The notes: a model not told the origin generated them from the sequence alone. DNA of 60,688 nt from Selaginella moellendorffii (GCF_000143415.4 NW_003314464.1:1-60688), one strand, 5' to 3'; counted from the stretch's first letter, positions 1 through 14,757 are shown. Program-made: numbers and translations.

Positions 1-239
1 TTAGGTGTAAAAGATAGTGAATAGTGGTGACATCTAGCATCACAAAAGTACCCTCTGTTCGAAAATGCAGAAAGCCTTTTATTCAAGGAACAGTTGTGTA
101 TATCAAATTTTCTTTTTGTCAGCTGTTGTGTGCTTGGCATTGGCAATTGAAGCGAAAAAGAAAGCAAAGATTTTTTTAAAAACAACAGCACCACTGGCAG
201 AAAACCCAAAAAATCGGGATCGTGCACTTGATAGACACA

Positions 240-700
240 TTCGAGCAAGGCAAAGATGTTAAGAAGAGTCCCTGCAGAGAGAGCACAAGCAACAAATGGA
301 AGAAGAGTATCGCTTGTACATCTTTTACATCTTTTTCTTTCTAAATATTTACAACTCTTTCTCATCATAGGAAAACCTGGAGAAGTATCTAGAGGAGTTG
401 AAGGCCAGGCATTGTGAAGTTTCAACAAAGGTAGACCAAAGAAAACAGCAGAAAGTTTGCACAAACAACGGCCATGGTACTGTAGTTGCAGACTCACAGT
501 CAAGAGTGAAAGGCTGACTGCCGTGTAGAGAGAACAAATGAAACTCTTAATGCAAGCAACCTTTGGACGAAGATACTTTTGGCATGAATGATGAGGACTG
601 GCATATGTACAAGCAAATGGACAGAGACTACAAAGAAGAAGTAGAAGAAGATGTAGATGAAGATGAAGTAGAACTCAGTCGTCTAACCTCGAAACTCAAG
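240..700 (+). pseudogene. ARP5: Actin-related protein 5 (INO80 complex)-like fragment, degenerate
   Basis: Exon after an AG near 370 reads ENLEKYLEELKARH...; then EDTFGMNDEDWHMYKQM...EVELSRLTSKLK up to a GT donor at ~701. This resembles the ARP5 coiled region and EDTFGxxDEDW motif. It has a stop and a frameshift, and is followed by an N gap. Confidence 0.55.
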
Positions 701-779
701 GTATATCACTTTCGTCACTACTTTTCTTTTCCCTTTCTAACTGCTTTACTTCGAGGAAATTGATCTTTCATATACTTCA

Positions 780-1229
780 NNNNNNNNNNNNNNNNNNNNN
801 NNNNNNNNNNNNNNNNNNNNNNNNNNNNNNNNNNNNNNNNNNNNNNNNNNNNNNNNNNNNNNNNNNNNNNNNNNNNNNNNNNNNNNNNNNNNNNNNNNNN
901 NNNNNNNNNNNNNNNNNNNNNNNNNNNNNNNNNNNNNNNNNNNNNNNNNNNNNNNNNNNNNNNNNNNNNNNNNNNNNNNNNNNNNNNNNNNNNNNNNNNN
1001 NNNNNNNNNNNNNNNNNNNNNNNNNNNNNNNNNNNNNNNNNNNNNNNNNNNNNNNNNNNNNNNNNNNNNNNNNNNNNNNNNNNNNNNNNNNNNNNNNNNN
1101 NNNNNNNNNNNNNNNNNNNNNNNNNNNNNNNNNNNNNNNNNNNNNNNNNNNNNNNNNNNNNNNNNNNNNNNNNNNNNNNNNNNNNNNNNNNNNNNNNNNN
1201 NNNNNNNNNNNNNNNNNNNNNNNNNNNNN
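780..1229. other. Assembly gap (N run); further gaps at 12754-12853 and 14194-14293
   Basis: Runs of N in the sequence. Confidence 1.
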
Positions 1230-4075
1230 ATGGCATTGATTTCAGTAATGTAGTGTTCATTCTAACTGTTAACATTCGTAAAGACAATTTCCAACAAGCC
1301 AAAATTGATTCTAATGCATCCAATGGTATATAGTATAAGAAAAAGTGATAAACAGGGCATGTACATGAAATGTGGAAACTTGGTGGATTCTCAGCCAGCT
1401 TTGACAAGATGGCTTGCCACAGTGCTGTGTCATAGATGTCACTGATGCTGGGATTGGCAAGGAGGTGGTTCTGGAGTTGTTTGTTTGTGATGGTTTTGCC
1501 ATAAGCCTCTCCACGGTGCTTAAGTTGTGTGGGAGCCTGGTGGATGTGTGGCTTAGAGAAGGAGAGGGTCACTCCCAGGCGTGTAGAAAACAATGCTGCC
1601 GTGTCAAACTCAATAAAAGTTTTTGGAATCTGACTTTGTTCTTATGTCAGGATTTCAGGATAAATACAACACAGAGAATAGGCCTTGGCCTTGCTTTAGA
1701 GGGCTTCACTAATAAGATCTACGAGGCATAGAACATAGTTAAATTCATCACATTTGTTCCTGTTATTTTCAACTGCAAATGTGTTGTCCCATCAAGCCAG
1801 ATGACTACTCAGATTCTTCTCAGATAATTCAAATTCTCTGCTTGAGAAAGTTGTGATCACAACAAACAAGTACTTCAAGCCACCTGGATTGCTGTTAAGA
1901 TTGGATCGTGAGTTAAAAGCTCTTGGATAGATTTCTTTCACCATTTTTTCCCGGTCTACACAACTTAAGTCACATGTAAGTTCATTGGCTACCTCATTGT
2001 CAATGCCACTTTGGTTCAGTGCGCCAGATAATACTAAGATATATGTGAAACATCAACTACTCATGCAACTTAAGGAAGGTTAGTATGACACATGTCTTGG
2101 AGCTACACATAGTGGCCTCCCATGCCTCACTTCCATCATCAATAGTACGTGATGAGTGAGAACGAACGAGATGCCTTTAAAAGAATTAAAGAATAGACAG
2201 ATTTACATAACATATAATATGTATAAGATGAGCATCTCTAGCAAATTTCTCCAGTTGTACCTTGAAGCATTGTTCAAAAAAAATGCAAAGAGTAAGACAA
2301 GCATCCAGATGACCATTGTGTTTGTGGTGCCATATAACAAGAGGATCTACCTCCGGAACTAAGTGACTTGTGCAACCTTTCTGAGCCACCCAACTTCGAC
2401 AACACTTGGGCCATAACAATCCTCTTCTAATGTTTTCTGATCAGACAAGTTGCATCAAAGAACTTCTTAATTTCATGATTGGAGTTTAGACTATGACCCT
2501 TTACAGGAGTAGTGACAACAGAAGTAAGTGAAGTTTTTTTTTTTCTAGATTCTTGAGAGTCCAGAGCTGGTTGCCAGAATCTGGTAATTGAACTTATAGA
2601 TGTATACTCTTTCTCTTGGTTTTGAAGGTATTCTTAATCAACTTAGTTGCAAAGACTAATGAAGAGCTCATTGAATTGCTAAAATACTTACTGGTGGTGG
2701 GGAGAATGCAAAGAGAGACTCTCCCATTCTTTTTTGACAAATTGTCAACTACCAAACTTAGAAAAGGATAATCCCAGGATCTTTGCCAATAATATCTTCC
2801 CCTCTTTGACACGGCTAGAGTGGATGCAAGTGCTGAAGCTGCATTTTGCACCTGCAAAGTTTCTGTGCAGTGACGAACATCATAAGTCATTGTTCTATTA
2901 TTTTATTTTTTTAAAATGTGTTGTTCTAACCCAAAGTATGTATGATTGCATTTTTTCATATTGAAAACATTCTTTACTTTTTTCCATCGGAGCTGGGATC
3001 CCTGCTAGTACAATTTATGAGCGCTAAAGGCACGATGGTGAAGACGAATAAAGAACCGAGGAGCTCATTCGCTGTTTAAGAATAGAAAGACTCAACTCTG
3101 TTTGAATGTCCATGCTAGCGCTTTTGATGGATTCTGATCACAAGAACGAAACTGAATGCTTACAGACTGCGTTCAGCTGACAAAAATATCGCAACGTTTG
3201 AAATCCTCATGCTGGTGTTGGGGATATACACGTTTACAAGTGGAACAAAGTTAAACACCTCACATCGGAAAATGGCCGGTAATGAGCCTATAAGTCAATC
3301 ACGAGACGGTAAACCAGGGATTCAACTTAGGAAAACTAGGAAATGTTTTTATGGCTAGAATCCAGTTGGCCAGAATCTTTACCGTTAGATCAAAGGTAGC
3401 ATAGTTACATTCTAACCAAGACATTCTTCTCTGAAAAGAAGACAGTCCAGCAGTTTAAATAGCGCACGTTTTTCTGTCGGAGCAGCACTTTTATTCGCTA
3501 CTCTAGTGGCAATAATAGAGGAAACAAAAGAAATAAATTGATTGCGGGAGACGTCAGTGCATCTTGTTCAGCATGCAAGCTCAATTAAATGTTTCTTGGA
3601 AGGCTCCATGAGACCTTGCAAACAGTTCATGAATGAATAAACGAAGTGTCATGGCCGCAGTGCTCTCCACAGTCCATGATAGCTCGATCCTTCAAGGCAT
3701 ATTATTGAAGGACTCCCATAGCTTATTGGCTGACCAATGCAGGGAGATTGACCATATGCATTGGCCTGGGATGAGGCATACTGTGTTTTATTTGATACTC
3801 AAGTCATCATCCACTTCTTGTTGCTCATGAAAACCTCATGACCACCGTCAGTGATGAGTGCATGAGTTCTAAAACTGGATAAACTAGAGACTCACCCAGA
3901 TGCAAAGCTATGCATTCTTAAAAAAAGAATTTTAGCTGGTCATCAAATGGTTGGCGGTTGATGCACTCACTTTCAAACAGGGTGTCGCACACAACGCAAC
4001 CACAATTACCACTAACAGTTCCTTAGTTAGGGTTCCGCATTTGGTATGGATTAGGGAAACTTTCAGTAGAAAGCT

Positions 4076-6262
4076 ATGGCAGTCACAGCCGTCACGACTG
4101 ATTTGCTGCGCTCGTGCATCAAGGCAAATTGACTGATTAAACTTCTCATCTTGAAATCTTTGTTTTTCAGGTAGAAGGAGGATCACCTGAAAAACTAGAG
4201 GAAAGAAAGAGGACAATGCCTTTGAGTACTGTGACATGCCTAATCTTCTCCTTCAAGTGTGAGTACAACTTAATCAGGATTTCTTTTTTTTAATCTAATC
4301 GTAATTCCTTTAGGTCAGCGATCAATCAATTGGTTGCATGGACTTGGGTCTTTAACCAAACTCTATCTCGATAACAACGACATTTCTAAAATTGAAAATC
4401 TTTCTCACCTGGCAACTTTGAAACTGCTGGGTAAGAAAACTTTTCTTTAGTCTACTACTAACTCTACTCCTGTGCGTTTCTCTATTAGATTTGTCCTTCA
4501 ATAAAATAAAAAGCATAGGTGGTCTTGAGACTCTAACAAACCTGGAAGATTTGTCACTATATCACAACGAAATTGAGAAAATCACAGGCCTTGACACACT
4601 ACAAAAGATCACGTCCTTTTCTCTTGGCAAAAACAGAATAAGGCGTCTGGAAGACGTGCGATAAGAAACACAAACTCATGTTTCTGCTACTCTGTTAAAT
4701 CCGAAAGCACTTGCAGGTAATTCCGCTTCGCCGCTTAAGAAATCTCCACGTGCTGACTCTCGATGGAAATCCTCTTGCTACGGTTAGTGTGTCTTGATAA
4801 ATTCATAGTTTCTGACACTTGTTCAGTTTTTTTATTTAGGATCCCGAATACAGGATCTATGTTATTTCCCACCTGAGAGATTTGACATATTTTGATCATA
4901 GATATGTAGACAGAGCTGCAGTAAATATTTCCCTTCCAGTGACTTGTCTTATATTAATCCAGCAGGTGGTAGCCGCTAGGGATCAATACCAAGATGACAT
5001 GACAGATTTAAAACAAAAAGAAGCTGAGGAAGATCTTCTTATTAAGGCAGCTGAAGAGCATGCAACTCGACAAGCACTTTACAAAGTATACATCACATTA
5101 ATACTAGGATCTCACTTCGAAAATGTGCAGGATGCTAACCTGCTAGGATGTGACACCCTCTTCGAGAGAATGATTTCGGAAGATGTAGAGTACCCCAAAC
5201 TTAGCCAAGTTCCTGGTCTCCTAGCTTCTATGGACGAGTATTTCCGTCTGGTTTCTCCTCATGTCGATTTTGACGTCCTTAAGTCAGATATAAAGAAAAA
5301 TATGTTACTGCGACTGAAGAGATTATTGGAACAATTTTAGCTGAATACAAGAAAAAGCATGTTGAAATAGAGTTCTGGCAGTTTACTACAAATGCTTTAC
5401 TTGACGTCAGGGACAAAGAATCCCGAGAATACGCGAGAAGAATAACAAAAATTAAAAAAAAGGTCTGTGTTCTTCTAGTTTTACCTGATTCAAAATGCTT
5501 GCTTGCAGATTCTTGCAGAGGTTCGTTTGAACTCCAGCACAGCAGACAAAAAGCTGGCGCTTCTTAGAGAAGACAACGACCGGACTAGGGAGAAGTTGTT
5601 GGAGCTTGAAATGTTCACCTTTGGTGAAGTTCATTGTAAGTCCATGACGAAAATATTCCTATATTATTCTCCTTTTCTACGACCTATGGTCCGGTTTCGA
5701 CAACACTTTCCTGCAATTGTTGACCAACAAGATTCAATTTCAAAACTAATATCCTTAATAACTCTTCTTTTTACCATGTCTGAACCTTAACAACTGGACC
5801 ACCTTCGGAACCATAAGAATGTCAGAAAACAACTGCTCTGAAACAGTAATGGCGCAGGCTTCACTTCTTATGGAACAATTTTCACTAGGGGAACTTGAAG
5901 TCGACTCAGATGAAGGTCGCATGGTAACTGTTGTAATTTCGCTTTCTTTTTCTCATCCCATCTATTTCAGTTGCTCCGTGACAAAGATATGATACTCAAT
6001 GCGATTCAAGCTTCTCACGATGCCAGAACACTGAAGATAGACTCACTAGTAACATCAGCTCCTCAATGTTTAACCTAGTTGTGCTTTAACAGGAAGACCA
6101 GAGATTGCGTGGGGAAGAGGAAATGCAAAAAGCAATGAACATAAGATTTAGACAAGAAGAAAATAAGAGAAATCGGGAAAGGATTGAAGAGATTGACTTT
6201 CTTCATCAGACTACAATTGATGAAATTACCGATCTTCTTGGAAACCTTGAAGTGGGGAATGT
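4076..6262 (+). CDS. DRC3: Multi-exon LRR plus coiled-coil protein, dynein regulatory complex subunit 3 (LRRC48)-like; 3' end approximate
   Basis: Probable ATG at 4076 (MAVTAVTTDLLRSCIK, GC-AG first intron). SDS22-type LRR exons: LTKLYLDNNDISKIENL, DLSFNKIKSIGGLETLTNLEDLSLYHNEIEKITGL, LTLDGNPL. LRR cap DPEYRIYVISHLRDLTYFD, then a coiled C-terminus (SHDARTLKID; EENKRNRERIEEI). Many ~50-nt introns. Confidence 0.72.
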
Positions 6263-6446
6263 TTGGTATGTATTGATCATTCTTCTTCCTTTAAACTATT
6301 CCTGTGGCAGATTGGAGCACGGTGAAGCTATGGTATTTATAAAGGGTAGATCTAATGAGTTGAGCTTTAAAAACCCAGTTCCAGGTCTACATTTGAATTA
6401 ATGTTTTAGATTTAAACACTAACCGTGTACAAGACAAGTAACAAAC

Positions 6447-9400
6447 ATGCTTGCTTTTTGTTGCCTTCCTCAAGCTTTTCTCACAGTCAATGCAAACACT
6501 GATGCGTTGATGTGTTTGGTAGGCTTTGTCCGCAGACACCAAATCCAAGTGATGATTGATATGGGAGCTACACACAGTGTGATATCTGAAGACTTGGTTA
6601 AGTTGTTAGGATTGAATGTTGAACAAATATTGCCCATACACTTTCAGTTTGCGGAAGGTGGGCAAGTAGCCAGAAAATTTGTGAGTGATGTTCCAATAAA
6701 AATATCCAAGTGGAAAGAAAAAGTGGACTTGGTAGTGTTGAAGATACTAGATTTTCAGATTGTGATGGTATGGATTTCTTCAACAAATATATTAAAGGGA
6801 TTTATGGTGCTAGACAAATTCATATCACATTGAAGTTAGAAGGATGTCCCGATGTGTCCTTCAAGTTGCAAAAGCGCTCTTCAAAGGATTGGGATGTTAA
6901 GTTCCTGACTATAAGAGCTGCTCAAAAAGCAGCTAATAAGGGATGTCGGACCTTTTGGGTTCAAGTGATGGAAGTTGAGGGTGTTTGTGACTTAGTTCAA
7001 ATTGGTGATGGGGTTGATTATGTACCAAAGTAGATATTGGAGTTGTTGGCAAGGAATCAGGATATCTTTTCGAAGGATTTGCCTAGGGCTACCTCCTAGC
7101 CGTGAGGTTGATCATCGTCATTCTGGGTTCTATACCACCTACAAAGGCTCCATATTGTCTGAATATCAAGGAAATGGCTGAACTCAAGAAGCAACTCACG
7201 GAGCTTCTTGACAAAGGTCATATCCCACTAAGAAAGTCACCTTATGGAGTTCCAGTCCTTTTTGTTATGAAAAAGGATGGAACCATGAGGATGTGTATCA
7301 ATTATTGGGCACTCAACAAGATCACAGTCAAAAATAGTTATCCTTTACCTCACATAGATTACTTGTTTGACCAACTCTTAAAGACTAAGTATTTTATGCG
7401 GCTTGATTTGCGGTCTGGGTATCATCAGATATGGGTGGCAAATCAAGATGTGGAGAAGACAGCCTTTAAAACTTGGTATGGATCTTATGAGTTTCTTGTC
7501 ATGCTATCTGGGTTATGTAATGCTTTGGCAACATTCAACACTATGATGGATAGAATATTCAGAGATTATTTGGACACATTTATTGTCCTCTATATCAATG
7601 ATGTTCCAGTCTTTAGTGAAATGTTGGAGGATCATTTGAAACACTTGGAGCTGGTGTTTCAGAAATTGCATGAACACAAACTGTATGCTAAGGAAAGTAA
7701 ATGTGCTTTTGGACAATTGCATATGAACTTTCTTGGACATATAGTTAGTGGTGGTGTAATTGAGGTGGATCCAAAGAAGGTGGAAGCGGTGAAGTCCTGG
7801 GAAGTTCCGACCACAATATCAAATGTTCATTCCTTTCTCGGTTTGGTGAGATACTATCACAAGTTTGTCCACAATTTTGCGAACTGTGGTTAAGATCTCC
7901 TTCAACCGTACAAAAGCACGTTGACAAGCTAGTGTCCAATGAAACAGTATACTACTCCATTAACTCAGTCAATAGAAGAGCAATTCTTTTGTTCTTAGGA
8001 TCCCAGATTTTAATAAACCCTTCAAAGTGCATTGTGATGCATCTGGCTATGCTATTAGTGCCGTGTTATAGCAAGATTGTGATAAAGCAATTGGTGTTAT
8101 GCTAAGGCGACATGGTTGTCCCATTGCATTCTATTCCAAGAAATTGGATGAAACCCAACAAAGATGACCAATGCACGAGAAAAAGATGTTTGCTATATTG
8201 TCGGTGTTGGAATATTAGAGACACTATTTGGGTGGACATACCAAGGTTTATACAGATAGTAACACACTGAGCTACTTTGCTACGCTGCCAAAGCTTATGC
8301 TGAAGCAGGTTCATTGGCAAGAGAAGCTTGCTAGATATGATATTGAAATCATATATAAACCTGGTAAAGATAATATTGTTCCGGATGCATTGAGTTGTCA
8401 AGCTCAGTTCCAGGCAATATCGGCAATCAGTTCGGACTAGTTAGAGGATGTTTGAGCTAAGTATGGAAGTGATCCATTGGCAAAGTCAATTTTGCACCAT
8501 GTGGAGTTGTTGAAGCAAGACACTAGTAGTAAAATGGCGAAAGTTGCTAGTCAAACCAATGTGAAACTTCACTTCTCAGTTTGGGATAGGCTTATATTCT
8601 ATAAGCAAGAAAGATTGTATCCTCCCTCTAAGGATCTGCAGCAGTTGTTTCTGCAGGAACATCATGATGTTCTAGCAGCGGGACATGGTAGATAATACAA
8701 GACTCTTGCTTCATTGAAAGAGGGATTTTTCTGGTCTGGTATGGAAGGTGATGTAACAGACTATATCCATTCCTACCCTATATGCCAGTAATGTAAGTGT
8801 AGAACTGAGAAGCAAGCTGGAAAGTTGCAGTGCATTTCAGGATCGGCATGGCCACTTTAAAGTGTGACACTTGATTTAGTCATTTGCTTACTATAGTCTA
8901 AGGGTTATGATACTTTGATGGTGGTTGTGGATCAGTTGTCGAAGATTACACACTTCATTCCAACTATGGAAACAGTGAATGCAAAACAAGTAGCAAAGCT
9001 CTTTTTCCATGAGGTAGTGCGGGTTTGTGGTCTTCCCAAAGAGATGATCTTGGATAGAGATTCGAGATTTACGGGAAAGTTTTGGGGCATACTATTCCAG
9101 TTTTTTAGTACCAAGTTGAAATTTAGTACAGCTTATCATCCTCAAACTGATGGGTAGACCAAATGTGTGAATGCTCAAGTTGAGGATTATCTACGGTACT
9201 ATGTTGCAGCGGACCAACGTGACTGGGTTGAGCATTTGGATATAGCAAAAATCTGTTATAACAACACATTTCATAGTGCTATTAGCTGTTCTCCATAGGA
9301 GATGTTGCAAGGGAATGCTCATGGGGTGCCTCAACAGATTGTTGTTCCGACACCAATGTTTGAAGTGTTGGTTTTGGCCATTGAGACTTATGTGGAGAAA

Positions 9401-9630
9401 CTACGCCAAAGTTGGTCTAGAGCTACTTAGGTGATGGGTAGAGCTTAGGATAGGTATCCACCGGATAAGGATCAGCATTGTCGGGATGTATCCTATCAAG
9501 TGGGAGATCAGGTGTGGCTATCTTCCCGAAACTTGAACATTAAGGGATCTTTGTCTTAGAAGTTATTACTAAGATATGTTGAACCCTATCGGGTGTTGAA
9601 ACGATTTGGTGATGTATCATATCGGTTAAT
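6447..9630 (+). mobile_element. Degenerate Ty3/gypsy pol (protease-RT-RNaseH-integrase)
   Basis: Protease MIDMGATHS; RT SPYGVPVLFV...RMCINY...LDLRSGYHQI...YIND; RNaseH HCDASGYA and YKPGKDN..PDALS; integrase [24 protein letters not shown]. Many stops and frameshifts. Confidence 0.93.
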
Positions 9631-9939
9631 TGGGCATTTTGAGTGTACTTAGACTAGACAAGCATAAGGACAAAATTCTTATGTGCTATTAGTTAAGCAT
9701 AATTAGCCCGGTAAGGAGTGTCTTGCACTAGCTAGTGACAAGAACCCTCGCGTATTGAGACTAATCCCTCAATATCGCTGGATGATAGCTTACCGTGTCT
9801 GCCAAACACCCTCACTATCATGCCCTTTGTATTAGTCTTATTTCGGTCCCAAATGCTAATTATGGAAAGTATCTAGATTTGCTCATTTGGAATATCTATA
9901 GACTGTAGAGATTGTCTTGAACATGAAAGGGACTGACAC

Positions 9940-11294
9940 ATGGCAAGTGTCGTGACACATGAACTGAGTCCAAGATGGAGTTTGACATGGAGTCTGATAG
10001 AGAGTCCAAGATGGAGTTTGACATGGAGTCTGATAGAGAGTCCAAGATGGAGAGTCTAAGAAGGAGTGTAAGACCAGGTTTAAGATCGGGACTAAGACTA
10101 AGATTAGGTCGAGACTAAGTTTGAGTCCGAGTCCAAGTGTGAAAGCCCAAAGTGATCATCTCCCAAATCCTAGGGGGGTTGGTGGGTCCTTGTGGAATAG
10201 TAAGGTGGAAGACTTTAGTGGAACTAATTTGGCCAGAAAAGGCTAGTGTGACCAAGGAAGGCTACATCCACGTGGTGGGTGATGATGTAACCATTGAGGA
10301 GTCTAAGGTTAGAGTGAATACAAATGAACAATTGGAGTAACTTAGTGAAATGTTCAAGAGTTGGCTCTAGCTCCCACGATAGATCAGATGGTCAATGCTC
10401 TCAATCCAAGTGTGGGTTGCATTACCTACTTAGATAACCTTGAATGACTCATTAAAACCTCACTCTAACCACATAGTTGGGGCACTCTAGTGGTGGAAGA
10501 TGGGGGGAGTACCCACGAGGCTGGGTTGTGATGTTTCGAAATGTCATCCCAAAGTCCTAGATTATAGAAAAAAAGAGGAGTGGTCTTCTTACTTGGTGAC
10601 CAAGGGTATGGTTACATAGTGAAGGAGCCCTAGAGGTTAGTAGGGCTTAGTAGATGGGCCTTTAGGCATTAAACCAGTGGTGGTATTAGCAAGCACTGGC
10701 ATAGATGGAGCAGGACTTGGTGAGGATTGAAAAAGGGATATTGGGGGATGGTGTTCCTTAAGTGTTGAGGCATCCTAAAGATCCTAAGGTGTGGTTATGG
10801 AATAACCACTCATAGATGGATAGCCTAGTCTTGGAGAGATGAAACTGTATTGTAGGTGGTCTTGGACTACCAATGGGACAAGGGCAAATAGATATAGTCT
10901 TAGTATAATAGGTTGAGATGTTGGTGGTACCTTTACCTTCCTTAGCCACACTTGCCTTTTTTAGCCAAATTGGTTCCATTGGAGTCCTCCCCCTACTATG
11001 ATTTTGGAGCTCACCAAACCCCCTAGGGTTTGGGAGACGATTACTTTGGGCTTTCACCCTTGGACTTGGACTCGGACTTGGTCTCAGAGTCAGTCTCGGT
11101 CTTGGTCTTGGTCTTGGTCTCGTTCTCAGTCTCGGTCTCGGTCTTGGTCTCGGTCTCGGTCTCGGTCTTAGTCTCTGTCTTGGTCTCAGTCCCCATTTCA
11201 AACTCCTTCTCAGACTCTATCTCGGATTCCTTCTCAGACTCCTTAGATTCCATCTTGGACTCCTTAAATTCCTTCTTGAACTCCATCTCAAACT
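9940..11294. repeat. Two opposing LTR-derived remnants with GAGTCC/GAGACC hexamer arrays followed by GTGAAAGCCCAAAG
   Basis: Plus copy ~9940-10760 and minus copy ~10860-11294. Same layout as the LTRs at 18467 and 25548 and the repeats at 41980-43480. Confidence 0.75.
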
Positions 11295-12753
11295 TGTTGC
11301 GAATGTGACTTTCGGTATCAAAAGATACTTGTCAGCTAGTCCTTACTACCATGATGGTAGGAGGTCGGTACTGCTGATTCCCTTTAGAAGCCCCTCTTGT
11401 CCAAGTGTTAGCTTACTGGGCTTAGCATTTGTACTTAGCTAGATGAACATAAGGTAGGAACTTTTATGTGTTTCTAGCTAAGCATTCTCGGCCTAGCTCT
11501 TAGTTCTCTTTTGCTCTATTTTGCACTGGCTTGGCAAGAACCCTCGTGTGTTGAGACTAGTCCCTCAATATCGCTGGATGATAGTTTACCATATCTGCCA
11601 AACACTCTCACTATCATGCCCTTTGTGTTAGTCTCATTTCAGTTCCAAATGCTATTTATGGAAAGTGTTTAGATTTGTTTATTTGGCATATTTACAAAAT
11701 GTAGAGATCGGCCTGAACACAATGGTGTTCGTCTCGTGTCCAAATTCGCAATCTAGGGACATCCCATATTTAGTAAGTTTCAAGTTTGTCCCAGAGACTA
11801 ACTTCTGGTACTAAGGGAGGCTTGGGGTGAAAGCCCAAAGCATGTGTTTTTCAAAGGGGTATGGTCGTGTAAACAACTTAATCTGCCCATTTATAATAGT
11901 TGTCTAAATCTTTCCGACGGGGTTGATTTCTTGTTCAGAGGAAGTTGGGCCTTTGGCCTTCTCCCTATGTCCCTATGGGCAAGGATGTATCATTCCTTTG
12001 TAAGCCGAGTGGTACTCGAAGCAGCAAGGGTGGTTAACTTCGTTAGTCATTTCCTTGTCGGTGAAAACTGAAGGGTGTTTGAGTCTTAACGTCTTTGTTA
12101 AGTCATAACTCATTTAAGTCGGTGTGTTTCCCCTATAGTGTGCTTTCCGTTAACTTTCGGAGCTGTTTCTTTGACGATTTGCTAGACTTGGGTATGCATA
12201 GACGAGGACGTTGATCTTCCCTAAGCGGGGGAGAGTATCGCAAATGTGACTTTGGGTATTGAAAGATACTTGTCAGCTAGTCCTTACGGACACTCTTTCC
12301 TTACTGCCATGACAGTAGGAGGTCAGTACTGCTAGTTCCCTTCAGAAGCCCCTCTTGTCCAAGTGTTAGCTTACTGAGTTTAGCATCTGTACTTAGCTAG
12401 ATGAACATAAGGTAGGAACTATGTGTTTCTAGCTGAGTATTCTTGGCTTGGCTCTTAATTCTCTTTTGATTTGTCTTGCACTGGCTTGGTAAGAACCCTC
12501 ACATGTTGAGACTAATCCTTTAATATCGCTAGATGATAGCTTACCATGTTTGCCGAACACCTCTGTTTGATAACTTACCGTGTTACACTCTCACTATCAT
12601 GCCCTTTGTGTTAGTCTTATTTCAGTTCCAAATGCTATTTATGAAAAGTGTCTAGATTCGCTCATTTAGCATATCTATGGAATGTAGAGATCAGCCTAAA
12701 CATAATGGTGTTTGTCCCGTGTCCAAATTAAAATATAGGGACATCCCATATTT
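11295..12753 (+). mobile_element. Short non-coding LTR element (TRIM/LARD-like) with ~490-bp direct repeats
   Basis: Repeat 1 starts TGTTGCGAATGTGAC at 11295. Repeat 2 starts TATCGCAAATGTGAC at 12236, directly after the purine tract GCGGGGGAGAG, and runs into the N gap. Partial third copy at ~9640-9925. Confidence 0.6.
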
Positions 12754-13539
12754 NNNNNNNNNNNNNNNNNNNNNNNNNNNNNNNNNNNNNNNNNNNNNNN
12801 NNNNNNNNNNNNNNNNNNNNNNNNNNNNNNNNNNNNNNNNNNNNNNNNNNNNNGGGGGGGGGGGGGGGGGGCTATAGGGGGTTCCAAATGTATAGTAGGG
12901 ATAGTGGTTGGAATGCATGTCCAACCACCTGAGACATTACTTTGGCTCCTACTGGGTTGTGTGGCTCCTTGTTCTGTATCCGGCTTGGGTCTAAGCTCAA
13001 GCTCCACGCTGCTCTAGTCAGTGGGACTCCTTCTCATGGTAGGCCACTAGTATGCCAAAATTGTGCTAGACACCGTTTGACACCATTTTGTATGCAAGTG
13101 CTGGATACAGGGAGTTGGTGCTAGTGGGATTGTACCGAACCCTTGTTTTGTAGTGCAACGGGCTTAGAGTTTGGCTCTAAATTTAGGTGCGCTACAAGAC
13201 TCCATCTCGGACTCCTTCTCAAACTCTATCTTGAACTCTATCTCGAGCTCCATCTCAAATTCCTTCTCAACTCCATCTCATACTCCTTCTCAACACTTCC
13301 ATGTGTCACCCCTTATGTCCCTTTCTAGAAACTCATTTATCAATCATTTCGCACTCATCCTCGAGCACTTTGTTCGGAGTTTCACTCTCACTAAAGCTTT
13401 TGGTCTCAATGTGTTATGCTCATTGGACTTCTGTTTTGACCACTAATGTTGAAATTTTTGGCAAAGTAAGTAAGTAATTAATTGATTGAATTAAATTGAA
13501 TTGAATTGATTGAGTTTGTCAGCAAAGTAAGTAATTATA

Positions 13540-14733
13540 TCATTAGTTTTCAAAAGAGATGCTTACAACATTGTCATCTTTTAGTAATACTTAATAAAAA
13601 ATACAAAATACAAATATTGATGATATAGATAATATTATATATGCAAAAATACCTAATCCCAATGAAGATTCAGAGTTATATGAGTTGGTAAAAAAACAAA
13701 ATGACATATGAGCCTTATGAACCTGGATTTATAAATAATCGTTGTTATAGAAATGGTGCTAAGTATCCTTGGTCAATTTCCATAGTATAGATGACTAGAG
13801 CATGGATATTATATACAGATATTGACCAAGAAAATAAATAATCAATTTTTGTGCTATATAAAAATATCTTCTTCATAAATTTGCAACTTATGTGAATAAC
13901 AGTGAATAGAATTTTATATATATATGAGAGAGGCATGACTGTGCCTTAATAAATCTTTGAAAAGATAGTGATATAAGTAATGAAAAATATTAGACTCAGA
14001 TGAAATTACTGCCTTCTGAAATTGCCATCTAAGTCCATAACCATCTGAGTTTATGTAGAGAATATTTAGGTATGATTTACCTAGACAACCTCATAGAATT
14101 GAAATATTATAAATATATCTCTCAAATTTACAAAGTGTTTACTTTAATGAAGGTGAAGCAGAAATCAATCCCGTACAGCAACAATTCCCAGGCNNNNNNN
14201 NNNNNNNNNNNNNNNNNNNNNNNNNNNNNNNNNNNNNNNNNNNNNNNNNNNNNNNNNNNNNNNNNNNNNNNNNNNNNNNNNNNNNNNNNNNNNAATCTAT
14301 AATCATACCATTGTGAAGCAACACCGGGCGCGTCTTTTAAAAATTATTTTCTATACATAAATATGCATATAAATGAAAATGACAAGGAATGAAGTAAATG
14401 GCTTAAAATAAAATGCAATTGAATTATCATTAAAATGTACATCTAGGGAAGATATGATTGATGTTGTGTTTAGTAAAGATATATCAGCAAACAATAATTT
14501 TACACAGAGCAATACTTACATCACTTAATGAAGAATCATTATAAATAAATGAATAAGTATTGTCATGCAGGATGGGTAAATTGTTATCCTACAAAAATAT
14601 TGATAATTTTGAAAGATGACATAGTAGATTTTCCTATTGAATATCTCAACTCAATAACACCATCTGATATGCCTGCACATATTTTAAGTATTAAGGTTAG
14701 ATGTGTTGTTATGTTAATGCATAATCTGGATAT
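13540..14733 (+). mobile_element. Helitron Rep/Hel pseudogene, left part
   Basis: HUH motif remnant FQKRCLQHCHLL and IDNIIYAKIPNPNEDSELYELV. PIF1-helicase segment PIEYLNSITPSDMPAHILSIKVRCVVMLMHNLDI, cut at 14733. Confidence 0.88.
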
Positions 14734-14735
14734 AA

Positions 14736-14757
14736 GCTCTATTTTGTTAAAGTGGGA
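14736..14757 (+). repeat. Left terminal inverted repeat
   Basis: GCTCTATTTTGTTAAAGTGGGA, the exact reverse complement of 35970-35991. Confidence 0.95.

Noticed and set aside
718-1593. Long ORFs spanning N runs (also 12677-13007 and 14072-14324)
   Set aside because: Artefacts of assembly gaps.
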